From NCBI GenBank assembly GCA_052171195.1, contig JBQMZB010000001.1:131323-195322 (forward strand): DNA of 64,000 nucleotides, in the 5' to 3' direction. Shown here one piece after another: positions 8,898 through 19,848 of this stretch. Source of the DNA: Bacillales bacterium (GTDB lineage Bacteria > Bacillota_I > Bacilli_A > RFN20 > CAG-826). The translations under genes were made by a program, and so were the position numbers. The notes under the pieces are model-generated. The model did not search any database, had not been told where the DNA came from, and was given only the letters and a program-made list of their open reading frames with translations. Position 1 is the stretch's first letter; each line of letters opens with the position of its first letter.

Positions 8898-10768
8898 ATT
8901 TTTTTATCTCTTTTTAAATTTAGAATCAATACTGATATATCACTAGGATTAACCCCGCTGATTCTAGAAGCTTGTCCAATTGTTTTTGGTTGAATTTGAT
9001 TTAATTTTTGTCTAGCTTCAAGTCTCAATCCTTCCATATGTAAATAATCATAATTTAGATTTAACTTAACTTCTTCAAGTTTTCTAATTTTGTTAGCTTC
9101 TCTTCTTTGTTCATCTATATACCCTTCATATTTAATTGAAGTTTCTAAAGACTGAATTCCAGAAAGTGATAAACTAAATTCTTTTGGGATCTCAAGATAA
9201 TCTCTTAATCTATTAAATGTAACTCCGTTTCTTTTTAATAAATCGTATGCACTAACACCATTGGAAAGATTTTCATAACCTATTTCTTTTAAATATTCAT
9301 TAACTTTGCTGTTAATACCAAAGTGTGTTTTACTCAAAATTTCTTTTATAAATGCAATATTTTTGAGCTTATTTTTAAAAGACTCATACCTTTTTTCACT
9401 AATTAACCCATATTTATAACCATATTCACTTAATCTTATGTCGGCGTTATCACTTCTTAAAAGTAATCTAAATTCAGCTCTTGAAGATAATAATCTATAA
9501 GGTTCTTTTGTTCCTTTAGTAATTAAATCATCAATCATAACACCAATATAGGCTTCATCTCTTTTTAAAATAAATGGTTCTATACCTTTTATATAATTAC
9601 ATGCATTTATTCCTGCAATTAATCCTAAAGCTGCTGCTTCTTCATAACCGCTAGTACCACAAATTTGACCTGCAATAAATAATCTGGGCCATTTTTTAAC
9701 CATTAATGTATTATCAAAATCACTTGGTTCTAATGAATCATATTCAATAGCGTAAGCGTATTTTAATATTTTAGCATTTTCTAATCCTGGTAAACTATGT
9801 ACCATAATATCTTGCACTTCTTCAGGCATACTTGTTGAAAAACCTTGCAAATATATACTGTTAGAATCATAGCTTTCTGGTTCCAAAAATAATTGATGTC
9901 TTTCTTTATCTGCAAATCTTACAATTTTATCCTCAATAGAAGGACAATATCTTGGGCCAACACCCTCAACCATTCCACCATACATAGCAGACTCGTTCAA
10001 ATGATCTCTAATAATTTGATGAGTTTCTGGAGTTGTATATATTAAATGACAAGGTATTTGATCTTTTATCGGAATAAATTTATTAGACTCATAAGAGAAT
10101 CCTTCATTTTCTATATTACCTGTTTGAATTAACGCTTTAGAAAAATCAATACTTTCTCTAGCTATTCTTTGTGGAGTTCCAGTTTTTAATCTTATTAAAT
10201 TTAATCCCATTTTCTTTAAGCAATCGCTTAATCCAATTGAAGGTTTATCTCCATCTGGTCCACCAGAAAATTTATTATGACCTCTTAAAATATAACTATT
10301 CATATAGGTTCCAGTAGCTAAAATAACTGTCTTTGATAATATATTTTTATTATTAATCTTAACGCCAAAAACTTTTTTATTATCATGCAAAACATCTGTT
10401 ACCATACCTTCTAAAATATCTAAATTTTGTTGTTCTTTTAAATATTCTTGAAGAAAATTAGGGTATCTTATTTTATCAGTTTGCGCTCTTAAACATTGTA
10501 CACCAGGTCCTTTGGCAGTATTCAGCATTTTCATTTGTAAATATTCATTATCGGCTGCTATACCCATTATTCCACCTAAAGCATCTATTTCTCTTACTAC
10601 AATACCTTTCGCACTCCCTCCAATAGATGGATTGCAAGGCATATTACCAGCTAGCTTAAAATTCATGCAACATAAAAGTGTAGAAAATCCTCTTTTACAA
10701 CAAGCTAAAGCACTTTCAATACCTGCATGACCTGCTCCAACAACAATAACATCATATTCTTCTCTCAT
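8894..10768 (-). CDS. mnmG: tRNA uridine-5-carboxymethylaminomethyl modification enzyme MnmG (GidA)
   Basis: 624 aa. N-terminal FAD dinucleotide fold YDVIVVGAGHAGIE. Diagnostic MnmG length and motifs (..GPRYCPSIEDK..). Confidence 0.9.
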   Translation of the reverse strand: MREEYDVIVVGAGHAGIESALACCKRGFSTLLCCMNFKLAGNMPCNPSIGGSAKGIVVREIDALGGIMGIAADNEYLQMKMLNTAKGPGVQCLRAQTDKIRYPNFLQEYLKEQQNLDILEGMVTDVLHDNKKVFGVKINNKNILSKTVILATGTYMNSYILRGHNKFSGGPDGDKPSIGLSDCLKKMGLNLIRLKTGTPQRIARESIDFSKALIQTGNIENEGFSYESNKFIPIKDQIPCHLIYTTPETHQIIRDHLNESAMYGGMVEGVGPRYCPSIEDKIVRFADKERHQLFLEPESYDSNSIYLQGFSTSMPEEVQDIMVHSLPGLENAKILKYAYAIEYDSLEPSDFDNTLMVKKWPRLFIAGQICGTSGYEEAAALGLIAGINACNYIKGIEPFILKRDEAYIGVMIDDLITKGTKEPYRLLSSRAEFRLLLRSDNADIRLSEYGYKYGLISEKRYESFKNKLKNIAFIKEILSKTHFGINSKVNEYLKEIGYENLSNGVSAYDLLKRNGVTFNRLRDYLEIPKEFSLSLSGIQSLETSIKYEGYIDEQRREANKIRKLEEVKLNLNYDYLHMEGLRLEARQKLNQIQPKTIGQASRISGVNPSDISVLILNLKRDKKI

Positions 10769-10772
10769 ATTA

Positions 10773-12170
10773 TTAACCTACACTTCCTGTCATATCTAGC
10801 TTAATTAATTGGTTAAGTTCCACAGCGTATTCCATAGGTAATTCTTTTGAAAATGGTTCTATAAAGCCCATAACAATCATATGTATAGCATCAGATTCAC
10901 TTATACCTCTGCTCATTAAATAGTATAACTTCTGTTCATCAATTTTAGAAACGCTAGCTTCGTGTTCTAAATAAGATTTATTATTCATGCATTGATTCTT
11001 AGGAATTGTATCTGACTTTGAATAATTATCCAATATCAAAGTATCACATTGTACATGGGCTTTTGCATTTTTTGCTTTTGGTAAAATTCTACATGTACCA
11101 CGGTAATTAGATACTCCACCATTTGAAACAATTGATTTAGAAATTATTTCACTTGTTGTATTACTTGCTTCATGTATCATTCTTGCTCCAGCATCTTGAT
11201 ATTGTCCTTTATTTGCAACAGCTATTGAAATACAAAATCCTTTTGCTCCTCTTTCTTTTAATACACATGCAGGATATTTCATATTAATCTGTGAACCAAT
11301 ATTCCCATCTACCCATTCCATTGTTGCATTTTCATAACAAAAAGCACGTTTAGTTACTAAATTAATAATATTATTTGACCAATTTTGTATTGTTGAATAT
11401 CTACATTTAGCGTTTTTAAGTACAATAATTTCTACTACTGCTGCATGTAAACTTTCACTAGAATATATAGGTGCTGTGCATCCTTCAACATAATGAACTT
11501 CAGCTCCTTCATCTACAATTATTAATGTTCTTTCAAATTGACCTGTTTTTTGATTATTAATTCTAAAATAAGATTGTAGCGGTTTATCTAACTTAACATT
11601 CTTTGGAATATATATGAAACTACCGCCACTCCATACAGCTCCGTTTAAAGCAGAATATTTATTGTCATTAACAGGAACTACAGTAGAAAAATACTTTTTA
11701 AATAATTCTGGATAAAGTTGTAAAGCCATATCCGTAGATAAAAATATAACACCTTTATTGTTAACTTCTTCTAACATATTATGGTAAACCATTTCAGATT
11801 CATATTGAGTAGCAACTCCTGATAAATATTTTTGTTCTGCTTCAGGAATTCCTAATTTATCAAAAGTTTTTTTGATTGTATCTGGAACTTCATCCCATGA
11901 AGTTTTTTCTTCAGAGTACTTTGTAAAATAAGAAAAACTATTAAAATCAATACCATCTAAATTTGGGCCGAAATTAGGATTTTTCATCGATAAAAAAGTT
12001 TTATATGCTTTTAATCTAAAATCTAACATCCATTGTGGCTCTTTTTTATGATTAGATATTAATTTAATAACATCTTCATTAAGACCTTTACCACTAGAAA
12101 AGAGAGAATTTATGTTATCCTTAAAGTTATATTTATTGAAATTATTTGTTGTTATATTCTTATCTTTCAT
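10773..12170 (-). CDS. sufB: Fe-S cluster assembly scaffold SufB
   Basis: 465 aa with SufB/SufD family C-terminal beta-helix motifs. It lies within a sufC-D-S-U-B gene order. Confidence 0.9.
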   Translation of the reverse strand: MKDKNITTNNFNKYNFKDNINSLFSSGKGLNEDVIKLISNHKKEPQWMLDFRLKAYKTFLSMKNPNFGPNLDGIDFNSFSYFTKYSEEKTSWDEVPDTIKKTFDKLGIPEAEQKYLSGVATQYESEMVYHNMLEEVNNKGVIFLSTDMALQLYPELFKKYFSTVVPVNDNKYSALNGAVWSGGSFIYIPKNVKLDKPLQSYFRINNQKTGQFERTLIIVDEGAEVHYVEGCTAPIYSSESLHAAVVEIIVLKNAKCRYSTIQNWSNNIINLVTKRAFCYENATMEWVDGNIGSQINMKYPACVLKERGAKGFCISIAVANKGQYQDAGARMIHEASNTTSEIISKSIVSNGGVSNYRGTCRILPKAKNAKAHVQCDTLILDNYSKSDTIPKNQCMNNKSYLEHEASVSKIDEQKLYYLMSRGISESDAIHMIVMGFIEPFSKELPMEYAVELNQLIKLDMTGSVG

Positions 12171-12615
12171 TGTTTTTTAAATCTTTAATAATTTTATTAA
12201 TCCCTTCCCATGCAAGGCTGGCACATTTAATTCGTGATAATTGTTTAGATGTATTTTTAAATACTAAAGCCTCTTCTAATATATCTTTATTATATTCTTT
12301 TTCCATTAACATATTCATAAATTCTAAGTGAATAGTTTGAATATCTTCAATATTTTTATTCAAAAATAATTCACACATTATATCAGCGGATGAAATAGAA
12401 ATTGCACAACCTATACCAGTAAAGAAAATATCATCTACACATGTATTTTCTTTATTTATTTTAATATATAAGGTAATATCATCTATACAACTTGTTGAAT
12501 CCATTCTTATAGAATAATAACCTTCAATATTATCTGTTACGTCTTTTTTAAATCTTGGATTTTTATAATGATCCATGATTATTTGTCTCATTAAATTATT
12601 ATCCAAAGTAAGCAT
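12160..12615 (-). CDS. sufU: SufU (NifU-like zinc-dependent sulfur transferase)
   Basis: 151 aa. N-terminus [14 protein letters not shown] and [16 protein letters not shown], the SufU Cys/Asp ligand signature. Confidence 0.75.
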   Translation of the reverse strand: MLTLDNNLMRQIIMDHYKNPRFKKDVTDNIEGYYSIRMDSTSCIDDITLYIKINKENTCVDDIFFTGIGCAISISSADIMCELFLNKNIEDIQTIHLEFMNMLMEKEYNKDILEEALVFKNTSKQLSRIKCASLAWEGINKIIKDLKNNER

Positions 12616-13831
12616 CTAAAATATCTCCTCGATTCTTTAAAGCATCAATTAGTTGGTCAACATCTTCTTTATTATTATAAAAATATAAAGAAACTCTAAC
12701 TGTTCCAACAGTTTTTAAAAAGTTAATTAAAATTTTAGCACAGTGTTGACCACTTCTAACACAAATGCCCTTACTATTTAAATATGTTGCGGCATCTTGT
12801 GGAAAAACATCTTTGATATTAAATGTAATTATTCCAGTTTCTGCGTTTTTATTATATATAATAATATCTTGAATTTTACTTAATTCTTCAACAGCGTATT
12901 TTCTTAAATTATTTTCATATTCTTCTATATTATTCATTCCAATACTTTCTAAATAATCTATCGCTGCTCCTAGTCCATAAATACCAGCAATATTTTGTGT
13001 ACCAGCTTCAAATTTGACTGGAGGTTGTAATAAAGCAACATTACCGCACATATCAAACCTTGAGTTAGATCCTCCTCCGGTCATTAATGGTTCCATTTTA
13101 ACCAATAAATCAAACTTACCATATAAAATTCCGGTACCGTTAGGACCACACATTTTATGACCTGACCAAATTAAGAAATCACAATCTAAATCTTTAACAT
13201 CAGTTTTAATATGAGGAACGCTTTGCGCTCCATCTACTACTAAAATAATATTCTTTTCATGACAAATTTTAGCAATTTCTTTTATATCATTAATATATCC
13301 TAATACATTACTAACATGCGCGATACTAATAATTTTTGTATTCTCAGTAATTTTATTTTTAATGTTAGGTATTGTTAACATACCATCTTTATCTAAAGGA
13401 ATAAAATTAACTTTACATCCAGTTATATCCTTAACCTTAAACCAAGGCAATACATTGCTAGCATGTTCTGCTTCAGTCAATAAAATTTCATCTGTTTCTT
13501 TTAAAAATTTACAACCATAGCCAAATGCCACCAAATTTAATGACATTGAAGCACCGCTTGTAAATACAATTTCTTCTTTATTAGCGTTAATGAAATTTGC
13601 TATTTTTTGTCTAACTTTATCAACATTTTCATCAACTTTATATGCGATATCATAATCACTACGATGACTATTGGAATTTTCATAACTATAATATCTAGTT
13701 ATTTCATCTATTACGCAGTCAGGTTTAAAGCTAGTGGCAGCGTTATCAAGATAGCAAAATCTCTTATTTTGCATTTCTTTCACATTTCTTAACATTGGAA
13801 AATCATTTCGAATTTTTTTAATATCTAACAT
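12599..13831 (-). CDS. sufS: Cysteine desulfurase SufS (class V aminotransferase)
   Basis: 410 aa. PLP-lysine motif SGHKMCGPNGTG and active-site RSGQHCA. Confidence 0.9.
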   Translation of the reverse strand: MLDIKKIRNDFPMLRNVKEMQNKRFCYLDNAATSFKPDCVIDEITRYYSYENSNSHRSDYDIAYKVDENVDKVRQKIANFINANKEEIVFTSGASMSLNLVAFGYGCKFLKETDEILLTEAEHASNVLPWFKVKDITGCKVNFIPLDKDGMLTIPNIKNKITENTKIISIAHVSNVLGYINDIKEIAKICHEKNIILVVDGAQSVPHIKTDVKDLDCDFLIWSGHKMCGPNGTGILYGKFDLLVKMEPLMTGGGSNSRFDMCGNVALLQPPVKFEAGTQNIAGIYGLGAAIDYLESIGMNNIEEYENNLRKYAVEELSKIQDIIIYNKNAETGIITFNIKDVFPQDAATYLNSKGICVRSGQHCAKILINFLKTVGTVRVSLYFYNNKEDVDQLIDALKNRGDILDAYFG

Positions 13832-14637
13832 TAATAAATCTCCTTTATTTTTGCTAATAATATTTTTTTATCACTTTTATTAAATTTATCACATATTGGA
13901 GTTAAATAACCTTTTGTTATTAATTCTTTTGCTTTATTTTCACTTATTCCTCTTGTATTTAAATAATATAAATGTTCATTGTTGATATGTCCAATAGCGC
14001 AAGAGTGATTTGCAATAACATCGTCGCAATATATATTCATAATTGGACAAACTTTACCTTTACTTTTTTCATCAATTAAGATGACTTTTACATTTTGATT
14101 AGTACTTGAATTTATACATTTATCATTAATAGTAGAAATAACATCACAATTAAAATTACTCTCTTTTAAAACAATGCCATAACCTTTTACAATACTAGAA
14201 GTGTTCACATTAATATGATTAAAATTAATTAAATACTTTTTACTAGTAAAGTTATTAATAATTGAGGAAAAATTAAATTCTGTTTTTGATTGGTTTCCTT
14301 CTAAATTGATATTTAAAATAAAATTAGAGTTATTATTATAAAAATCAGCAAAATTAAACTTAAAAATACTATTATCTTTTATTGTAACAGTTATATTGCA
14401 ATTATTATCATTTTTACTATTAATTAAATTCAATTCGAACAATGAATTTTCATTTAAGATGATATCAATATTGTTGTTTTTTTTAATTCCTTTTAATGTT
14501 AAATTACTATTTGAATTTTTATTTAAAATTATTTTAGATGAATTAGGTAGACTGTTAAAAGATATTTTTTTATAGCTTTTGTTAGAATATAATAACTTAT
14601 TTTTATCATTATATATTTCTAATGCATTGTCTTTCAT
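13831..14637 (-). CDS. sufD: SufD-like Fe-S assembly protein (short form)
   Basis: 268 aa. Asn-rich beta-helix protein between sufC and sufS. Its C-terminal region (..HSCAIGHINNEHLYYLNTRGISENKAKELI..) matches the SufB/D family. Confidence 0.7.
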   Translation of the reverse strand: MKDNALEIYNDKNKLLYSNKSYKKISFNSLPNSSKIILNKNSNSNLTLKGIKKNNNIDIILNENSLFELNLINSKNDNNCNITVTIKDNSIFKFNFADFYNNNSNFILNINLEGNQSKTEFNFSSIINNFTSKKYLINFNHINVNTSSIVKGYGIVLKESNFNCDVISTINDKCINSSTNQNVKVILIDEKSKGKVCPIMNIYCDDVIANHSCAIGHINNEHLYYLNTRGISENKAKELITKGYLTPICDKFNKSDKKILLAKIKEIY

Positions 14638-15449
14638 TTTCTATGTATTCCTTTTTTATTAATACAAGAACCCAATATTACTTTATCTTCATTAGTATTT
14701 GATGAAATGTTGTATTTTTCTTTTATCCATTCATATCCATTTTGATCTATTTTATTAATCAAGTTATAATCATCCTCTAATACAATTTTCCCATCAATTA
14801 TTACGAAAACTTTATTTGGTTTTATTAATTCATATAATCTAGCATAATGAGAAATAATTATAAAAGTCGAGCCTTTTTCTTTCTGTACTAAAATAGATTC
14901 AGAAACAACATTTAATGCATCGACATCTAGTCCACTATCTATTTCATCCAACATACATAATTTTGGATTTAATAATAACATTTGCAAAATTTCGTTTCGT
15001 TTCTTTTCACCACCAGAAAAACCATCATTAAGACTTCGGTTAACTAATTCAAAAGGAATTTTCATAACTTGTGTATATTTATCAAGTGTTTTAAAAAAAC
15101 TATATAAAGAAATCGGATTCTTTTCACGAACGTTAATCATTGATTTATAAAAATCAGAACAAGTTACACCAGGAATTTCATATGGATTTTGGAAACCTAA
15201 AAATATTCCTAATTTACTTCTTTGATCGACTTTTAAATCTAAAATATTAACCCCGTTAAAAAGAATTTCTCCTTCAGTAATCTTATATTCTGGGTTTCCC
15301 ATAATTGCTGAAAATAATGTAGATTTTCCATTACCATTAGGACCCAATAAAGCTACACAATCACCTTCATTTATAGTAAGATTTATACCTTTGAGAATCT
15401 CTTTATCATTAACAGATACATGTAAATTTTTAATAATTAATGAATTCAT
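14634..15449 (-). CDS. sufC: SufC ABC-type ATPase
   Basis: 271 aa. Walker A GPNGNGKST, signature FSGGEKKRNEILQM and Walker B LCMLDEIDSGLD. Confidence 0.9.
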   Translation of the reverse strand: MNSLIIKNLHVSVNDKEILKGINLTINEGDCVALLGPNGNGKSTLFSAIMGNPEYKITEGEILFNGVNILDLKVDQRSKLGIFLGFQNPYEIPGVTCSDFYKSMINVREKNPISLYSFFKTLDKYTQVMKIPFELVNRSLNDGFSGGEKKRNEILQMLLLNPKLCMLDEIDSGLDVDALNVVSESILVQKEKGSTFIIISHYARLYELIKPNKVFVIIDGKIVLEDDYNLINKIDQNGYEWIKEKYNISSNTNEDKVILGSCINKKGIHRK

Positions 15450-15604
15450 AAAACTTTTCCAAACACCAATATTTTATATCAAAATATTTTAATAAACAAA
15501 TTATATACTAAATCAATCATTAATCTATTTTTTGTTTACTTATATATAATAAAGTTGTAAAATATTAAGGCTATTTATATATGGCAAATTATTGGAGGAT
15601 ACTC

Positions 15605-17536
15605 ATGAAGAAAAGCAAAAAAATTTTTATTATTGCTGCAACTACATTAAGCACTCTTTCCTTAACAGCTTGTAAAGATGTAAAACGTAATGGTGATAAA
15701 TTTATTTCATTTACCAACGTTAATGGAGAAAGAACATCTTATAGCGCTACAGAATTGTTTGAAAAATATACTAAATCCAATCAACAAAGTTCAAGTGATT
15801 ACTATAACGCTATCTACAATGTAATGGTTAGAGAATGGTTTAATTTATCAAAAAACAGCAGTCTAAAAAAAGAATGTGAAAAACAAGCAAAAGTTAAACT
15901 CGATTCCACAAAATCTACTGTTTCTAAAAACGCCCATGATAATGGAACAAAATATGATAAAGAATGGGAAAAAATATTAAATACTGAGTTAAACGATATT
16001 CATGAAAGTAAAAGAAATGAACATGAATTACTTTTAAAATATCAAATAGATTCATATAAAACAAAATTAAAAGATGTTTATTATGATAATTACAAAACCT
16101 GGAAAAAGAATACTGAGACATCAAATAATGATGAAGAAGAAAATAATTTATTCTGGGGTAAAAAAGGTTATTTAAAAGAAAAATTACCATATCACGTTAA
16201 ACATGTTTTGGTAAATGTTGAAGCTACTATCGGTGCTTACCATGATGGAAAAATCAGCGCCAATAATGTTGAGAAATTATATTTAGTTTTAAATCAACTT
16301 GCTAAACAAGTTCCATTTGGACAAGTTGCACAAGACTATTCCGATGATCCAGGAAGCGCTAAAACTTTCGGTGATTTAGGTATCATGGATACATCAACAT
16401 CATTTGTCAATGAATTTAAATTAGGTATTTATGCATATGATACTTATTTTAATAACAATTCCGAAGTTAATAAGTCTTTAGAAGGTAACAAAAATCCATT
16501 CGCAGTTCCTGAAAAAGATGCTAAATATTTAAAGAGTTTAGGTATTGCTGATATACCTTATGACGCAATTGTTAAAATGAATGAATTAAAAGATGTTGTT
16601 ACTGATAAAAATAATAAAAAAGTTAATAATGGAGAATCCACTTATTATCCAAGAAATATTCTTTTCAATAAATATTTCAATAACCACAATCTAGCTTTTA
16701 TCACACCTAACAATTTACTCGGTGAAAAACCTGCTTTAAAAAATGAAGATGATAAATTGAATAAACATTATAGTGATTTAAATAATGAAGGTAAATGGAA
16801 TAACGGTGTTGAAAATCCAACATACGCTGCTTTAAAAGGTTTCCAAGAAATTAAATTAAAGAACTATGATAAAGACGGAAATTTCATCGGTACTACAAAT
16901 AAAAAAGTTTTATGCGATGATAAAGGTAACCCAATTATCGTTGTACGTGCAGGAACTACAAGTTATCAAGGTGTTCACTTTATTGTTGTAGAACGTAGTG
17001 CACTTGAAGAAAATAAATCTATCTCTTCAAATGGTGAAACATATAATGTTCCATTAAATGAATATTACGCAAATGAAAATCCATTAACAAGTGGTGGTAG
17101 TAAAAATAAAAATTTCCCACAAACTAAAAATGGCAATCAAAAACAAACATATGTTAATTTTTATAACACAACATACGATAAATATAACGAAAGAATTACA
17201 AAAATAAAAAATACTGTTAAAAACTTCGATAATAACTATGAATTAAGAATATTTAACTGGTTGGAAAAACAATTAACAATTAAATATAACGCTGTTTCAG
17301 ATGTTAACATAGAGAAAAAAGTTCATGATTATATCAATGTTAAATTTAACTATGAATTAAGTAATAATCGTTTAAATAAAGAGAAAACATGGAATACTTT
17401 CATTGAAGAATTAGAAATTCAACAAGAAAGAAGAAAAACTAAATTAATTCCAGAAACATGCGCTTTACACTTCCAAGAAGGATTTAAAGACAACGCTGAT
17501 TCAGATATAAAGGAGATTTGTTACTATGAAAATTAA
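15605..17536 (+). CDS. PrsA-like foldase lipoprotein (parvulin-type PPIase domain with large insertions)
   Basis: Signal peptide plus lipobox LSLTAC. Parvulin-like segment HVKHVLV...QVAQDYSDDPGSAKTFGDLGIM...GVHFIVVERS (compare PrsA AKEYS.D..S...GGDLGWF ... GYHIIK). The start is set at ATG 15605, 6 nt after a GGAGGA RBS; the track ORF starts 8 codons earlier. It sits next to hit and yhaM, as prsA does in Bacillus. Confidence 0.45.
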   Translation: MKKSKKIFIIAATTLSTLSLTACKDVKRNGDKFISFTNVNGERTSYSATELFEKYTKSNQQSSSDYYNAIYNVMVREWFNLSKNSSLKKECEKQAKVKLDSTKSTVSKNAHDNGTKYDKEWEKILNTELNDIHESKRNEHELLLKYQIDSYKTKLKDVYYDNYKTWKKNTETSNNDEEENNLFWGKKGYLKEKLPYHVKHVLVNVEATIGAYHDGKISANNVEKLYLVLNQLAKQVPFGQVAQDYSDDPGSAKTFGDLGIMDTSTSFVNEFKLGIYAYDTYFNNNSEVNKSLEGNKNPFAVPEKDAKYLKSLGIADIPYDAIVKMNELKDVVTDKNNKKVNNGESTYYPRNILFNKYFNNHNLAFITPNNLLGEKPALKNEDDKLNKHYSDLNNEGKWNNGVENPTYAALKGFQEIKLKNYDKDGNFIGTTNKKVLCDDKGNPIIVVRAGTTSYQGVHFIVVERSALEENKSISSNGETYNVPLNEYYANENPLTSGGSKNKNFPQTKNGNQKQTYVNFYNTTYDKYNERITKIKNTVKNFDNNYELRIFNWLEKQLTIKYNAVSDVNIEKKVHDYINVKFNYELSNNRLNKEKTWNTFIEELEIQQERRKTKLIPETCALHFQEGFKDNADSDIKEICYYEN

Positions 17537-19313
17537 TAAAGTATTCGCACTTCTCACTTTATCTAGTGCTTTATTATTAACAAGCTGTAAATCTAAAATT
17601 TACGCTAAACCAAACAATAACGTCATGAATCAACAACTTATTAAAGATTCAAACGTTGAACATAACACTGTTGAATGGTTATATGACACTTTACATAATA
17701 AAAATTCTTCATATGAGAGTGTTGAAAATGCTATTTATGGTGTTCTTGAAGAAGGTTTATTTGGCAAGTTTGAACTCGGTGATAATTTAAATATTATTTT
17801 AAAAGGTTATGATGGCGAATCTGATTCAAATAAATTAGAATTTGTTAAAAAACATAAAGCTTACTGGGATAAAGCCAAAATAGAAAACACAAATAAGTAT
17901 GATTATCAAGAGCCTACTACTTTAACAGAAACTATTAAAATTCGTGTAGATATCTTCAAAAACTTAATTAAAGAAGCTATAGTTTCTGAATTATACGAAG
18001 AGGCAAATAAAGATACTTATAAAACCAGAAATTACTTTTATGAAGTTAAATTCGCAAGAACTTTAAGACAACAAAATAATAATATTAACACTAGTGAAAA
18101 TATTTTTGATACAAAATTTGATGAAGAAAACAATGTATTCACAAATAAAGTATTAATCGATAACACTATTTCAGTAGAAAATATTAATTCTGTTATTGGT
18201 AATGAAAATTCCTATAAAAAACCAATTCTTCACATTAATTTATATAAAGATTATATTAATGAAAGTATCTTACCAAAAATTTTAAAGAAATTAGCAATTG
18301 AACAATATGTTTATGACTATCGTTACGCAGCAATTTCTAGAACCCAATATAGACAAGTCAAATATATTAAAATTGACACTCAATCAAAAAATATTGCAGA
18401 TGCTAGAAAATTGATTAATACTTTTGTTAATAAATATATTAAAGATTCAAAAACTAACAAAGAAATCGATTTCAATTTATTAGCAGATGCTTGGAAAGGT
18501 GTTTATTCAAAATTATATAAAGATGGTAAATTTACCGATACTGGAAAATTACTACTTGAAAGCGGATTTAAAAATGATGAGACTCCTACAAAAGATGGTG
18601 TTAAAATTAAATGTTTTGCTGATGGTAAAAATGTTAGTGAATATCCATATTTTAAAAATACAAGATATGGTGATTTAATTGAAGAATATGGACAAATTAC
18701 ATTAAATCCAAAAACAACTAATAAATCTATAGAGTCATCTTTCACAAACGATGGAACATATTCTATACTTACTGGTTTAGATATTAAAATTAATGAATTA
18801 ATGACTAAAAGCTACACAGTTAGTACATGGGGTGAAAAATCTAAAGAATTTGATTCTTTACCAGATGATATTAAAAAAAGATTATTTGATTACACAGTAT
18901 CTGTAGACCATAATTTAAATAATTTAGATAACAACAGCTACTTAACAAGCATTAATGGTCACTATTTCCTTAAAAGTAGTGTTTCACAAGATTCTGAATT
19001 AAGTAATTCTATTGTAATTAAAAATGATCAAAGCTTCTATATCGTTGAAGTAATTGAAGCTCCATCACAAGCTAAATTAACAATAGGTGGTCAAAAAGCA
19101 TATGACAACACAGCTGCTTCTAATCTTAAACAAGAAAGAGTCTCAAGAAAAATTGGTTATGAAATAGCTAAAAATGGTTCTTATAACACTGCTGCTTTAA
19201 CATATTATCTTAAAAACGCTAAACTTAAATTCCACGATCAAGATCTTTATAATTACTTCAAAAATACTTATAAAGATTTATTCAAAAAGAAAAAGAATAT
19301 ATTTAATAAATAA
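17526..19313 (+). CDS. Lipoprotein, paralog-like of the upstream PrsA-like gene (unknown function)
   Basis: 595 aa. Lipobox LLLTSC. Its N-terminal region loosely resembles the start of the upstream protein. It overlaps the upstream gene by 11 nt and has a GGAG RBS. Confidence 0.4.
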   Translation: MKINKVFALLTLSSALLLTSCKSKIYAKPNNNVMNQQLIKDSNVEHNTVEWLYDTLHNKNSSYESVENAIYGVLEEGLFGKFELGDNLNIILKGYDGESDSNKLEFVKKHKAYWDKAKIENTNKYDYQEPTTLTETIKIRVDIFKNLIKEAIVSELYEEANKDTYKTRNYFYEVKFARTLRQQNNNINTSENIFDTKFDEENNVFTNKVLIDNTISVENINSVIGNENSYKKPILHINLYKDYINESILPKILKKLAIEQYVYDYRYAAISRTQYRQVKYIKIDTQSKNIADARKLINTFVNKYIKDSKTNKEIDFNLLADAWKGVYSKLYKDGKFTDTGKLLLESGFKNDETPTKDGVKIKCFADGKNVSEYPYFKNTRYGDLIEEYGQITLNPKTTNKSIESSFTNDGTYSILTGLDIKINELMTKSYTVSTWGEKSKEFDSLPDDIKKRLFDYTVSVDHNLNNLDNNSYLTSINGHYFLKSSVSQDSELSNSIVIKNDQSFYIVEVIEAPSQAKLTIGGQKAYDNTAASNLKQERVSRKIGYEIAKNGSYNTAALTYYLKNAKLKFHDQDLYNYFKNTYKDLFKKKKNIFNK

Positions 19314-19342
19314 AAATACAAAATATATTAAAATAATTCTTA

Positions 19343-19389
19343 AGAAATTATTCTACTTGTAAAAGTATTAGAATAATTTCTTTTTTTTA
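19343..19389 (+). terminator. Rho-independent terminator of the lipoprotein operon
   Basis: Perfect 13-bp stem AGAAATTATTCTA / TAGAATAATTTCT (19343-19355 / 19369-19381) followed by TTTTTTTT. Confidence 0.6.
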
Positions 19390-19431
19390 TTTAAATTAAT
19401 ATATTATAATTATTATGTAAAGGAGATTAAT

Positions 19432-19848
19432 ATGAAATTTGATATTAATTGTATATTTTGTAAAATAGCGGATAAGAAAATTGATTCATTAATATTGTAT
19501 GAGGATGATGATGTAATTGCCTTTTTAGATGTTAATCCTGTTACTTATGGTCATTGTTTAGTTATTTCAAAAGAACATTACGATAATTTCTTAAGTTGTC
19601 CTAAACATATAATGAATAAAGTAATGAATGTCGCTCAAAGAATTGGACAAGTATCTATTTCTTCATTGGGAGCGAAAGGCATAAACATCTTAACAAATTG
19701 CTACGAATCTGCTGGCCAAGTCGTAAAACATTTTCATGTACATGTAATACCAAGATATGATTCAAATGATGGATTAAAACTTGAAATGAAAAAAATGGAA
19801 GAAATTAATCTTCCAAGTTTAAGAGAAAAAATTATAGACCTTATTTAA
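19432..19848 (+). CDS. hinT: HIT-family (histidine triad) nucleotide hydrolase
   Basis: 138 aa. Histidine triad HFHVHVIP. RBS AAAGGAGATTAAT lies ahead of the ATG. Confidence 0.8.
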   Translation: MKFDINCIFCKIADKKIDSLILYEDDDVIAFLDVNPVTYGHCLVISKEHYDNFLSCPKHIMNKVMNVAQRIGQVSISSLGAKGINILTNCYESAGQVVKHFHVHVIPRYDSNDGLKLEMKKMEEINLPSLREKIIDLI

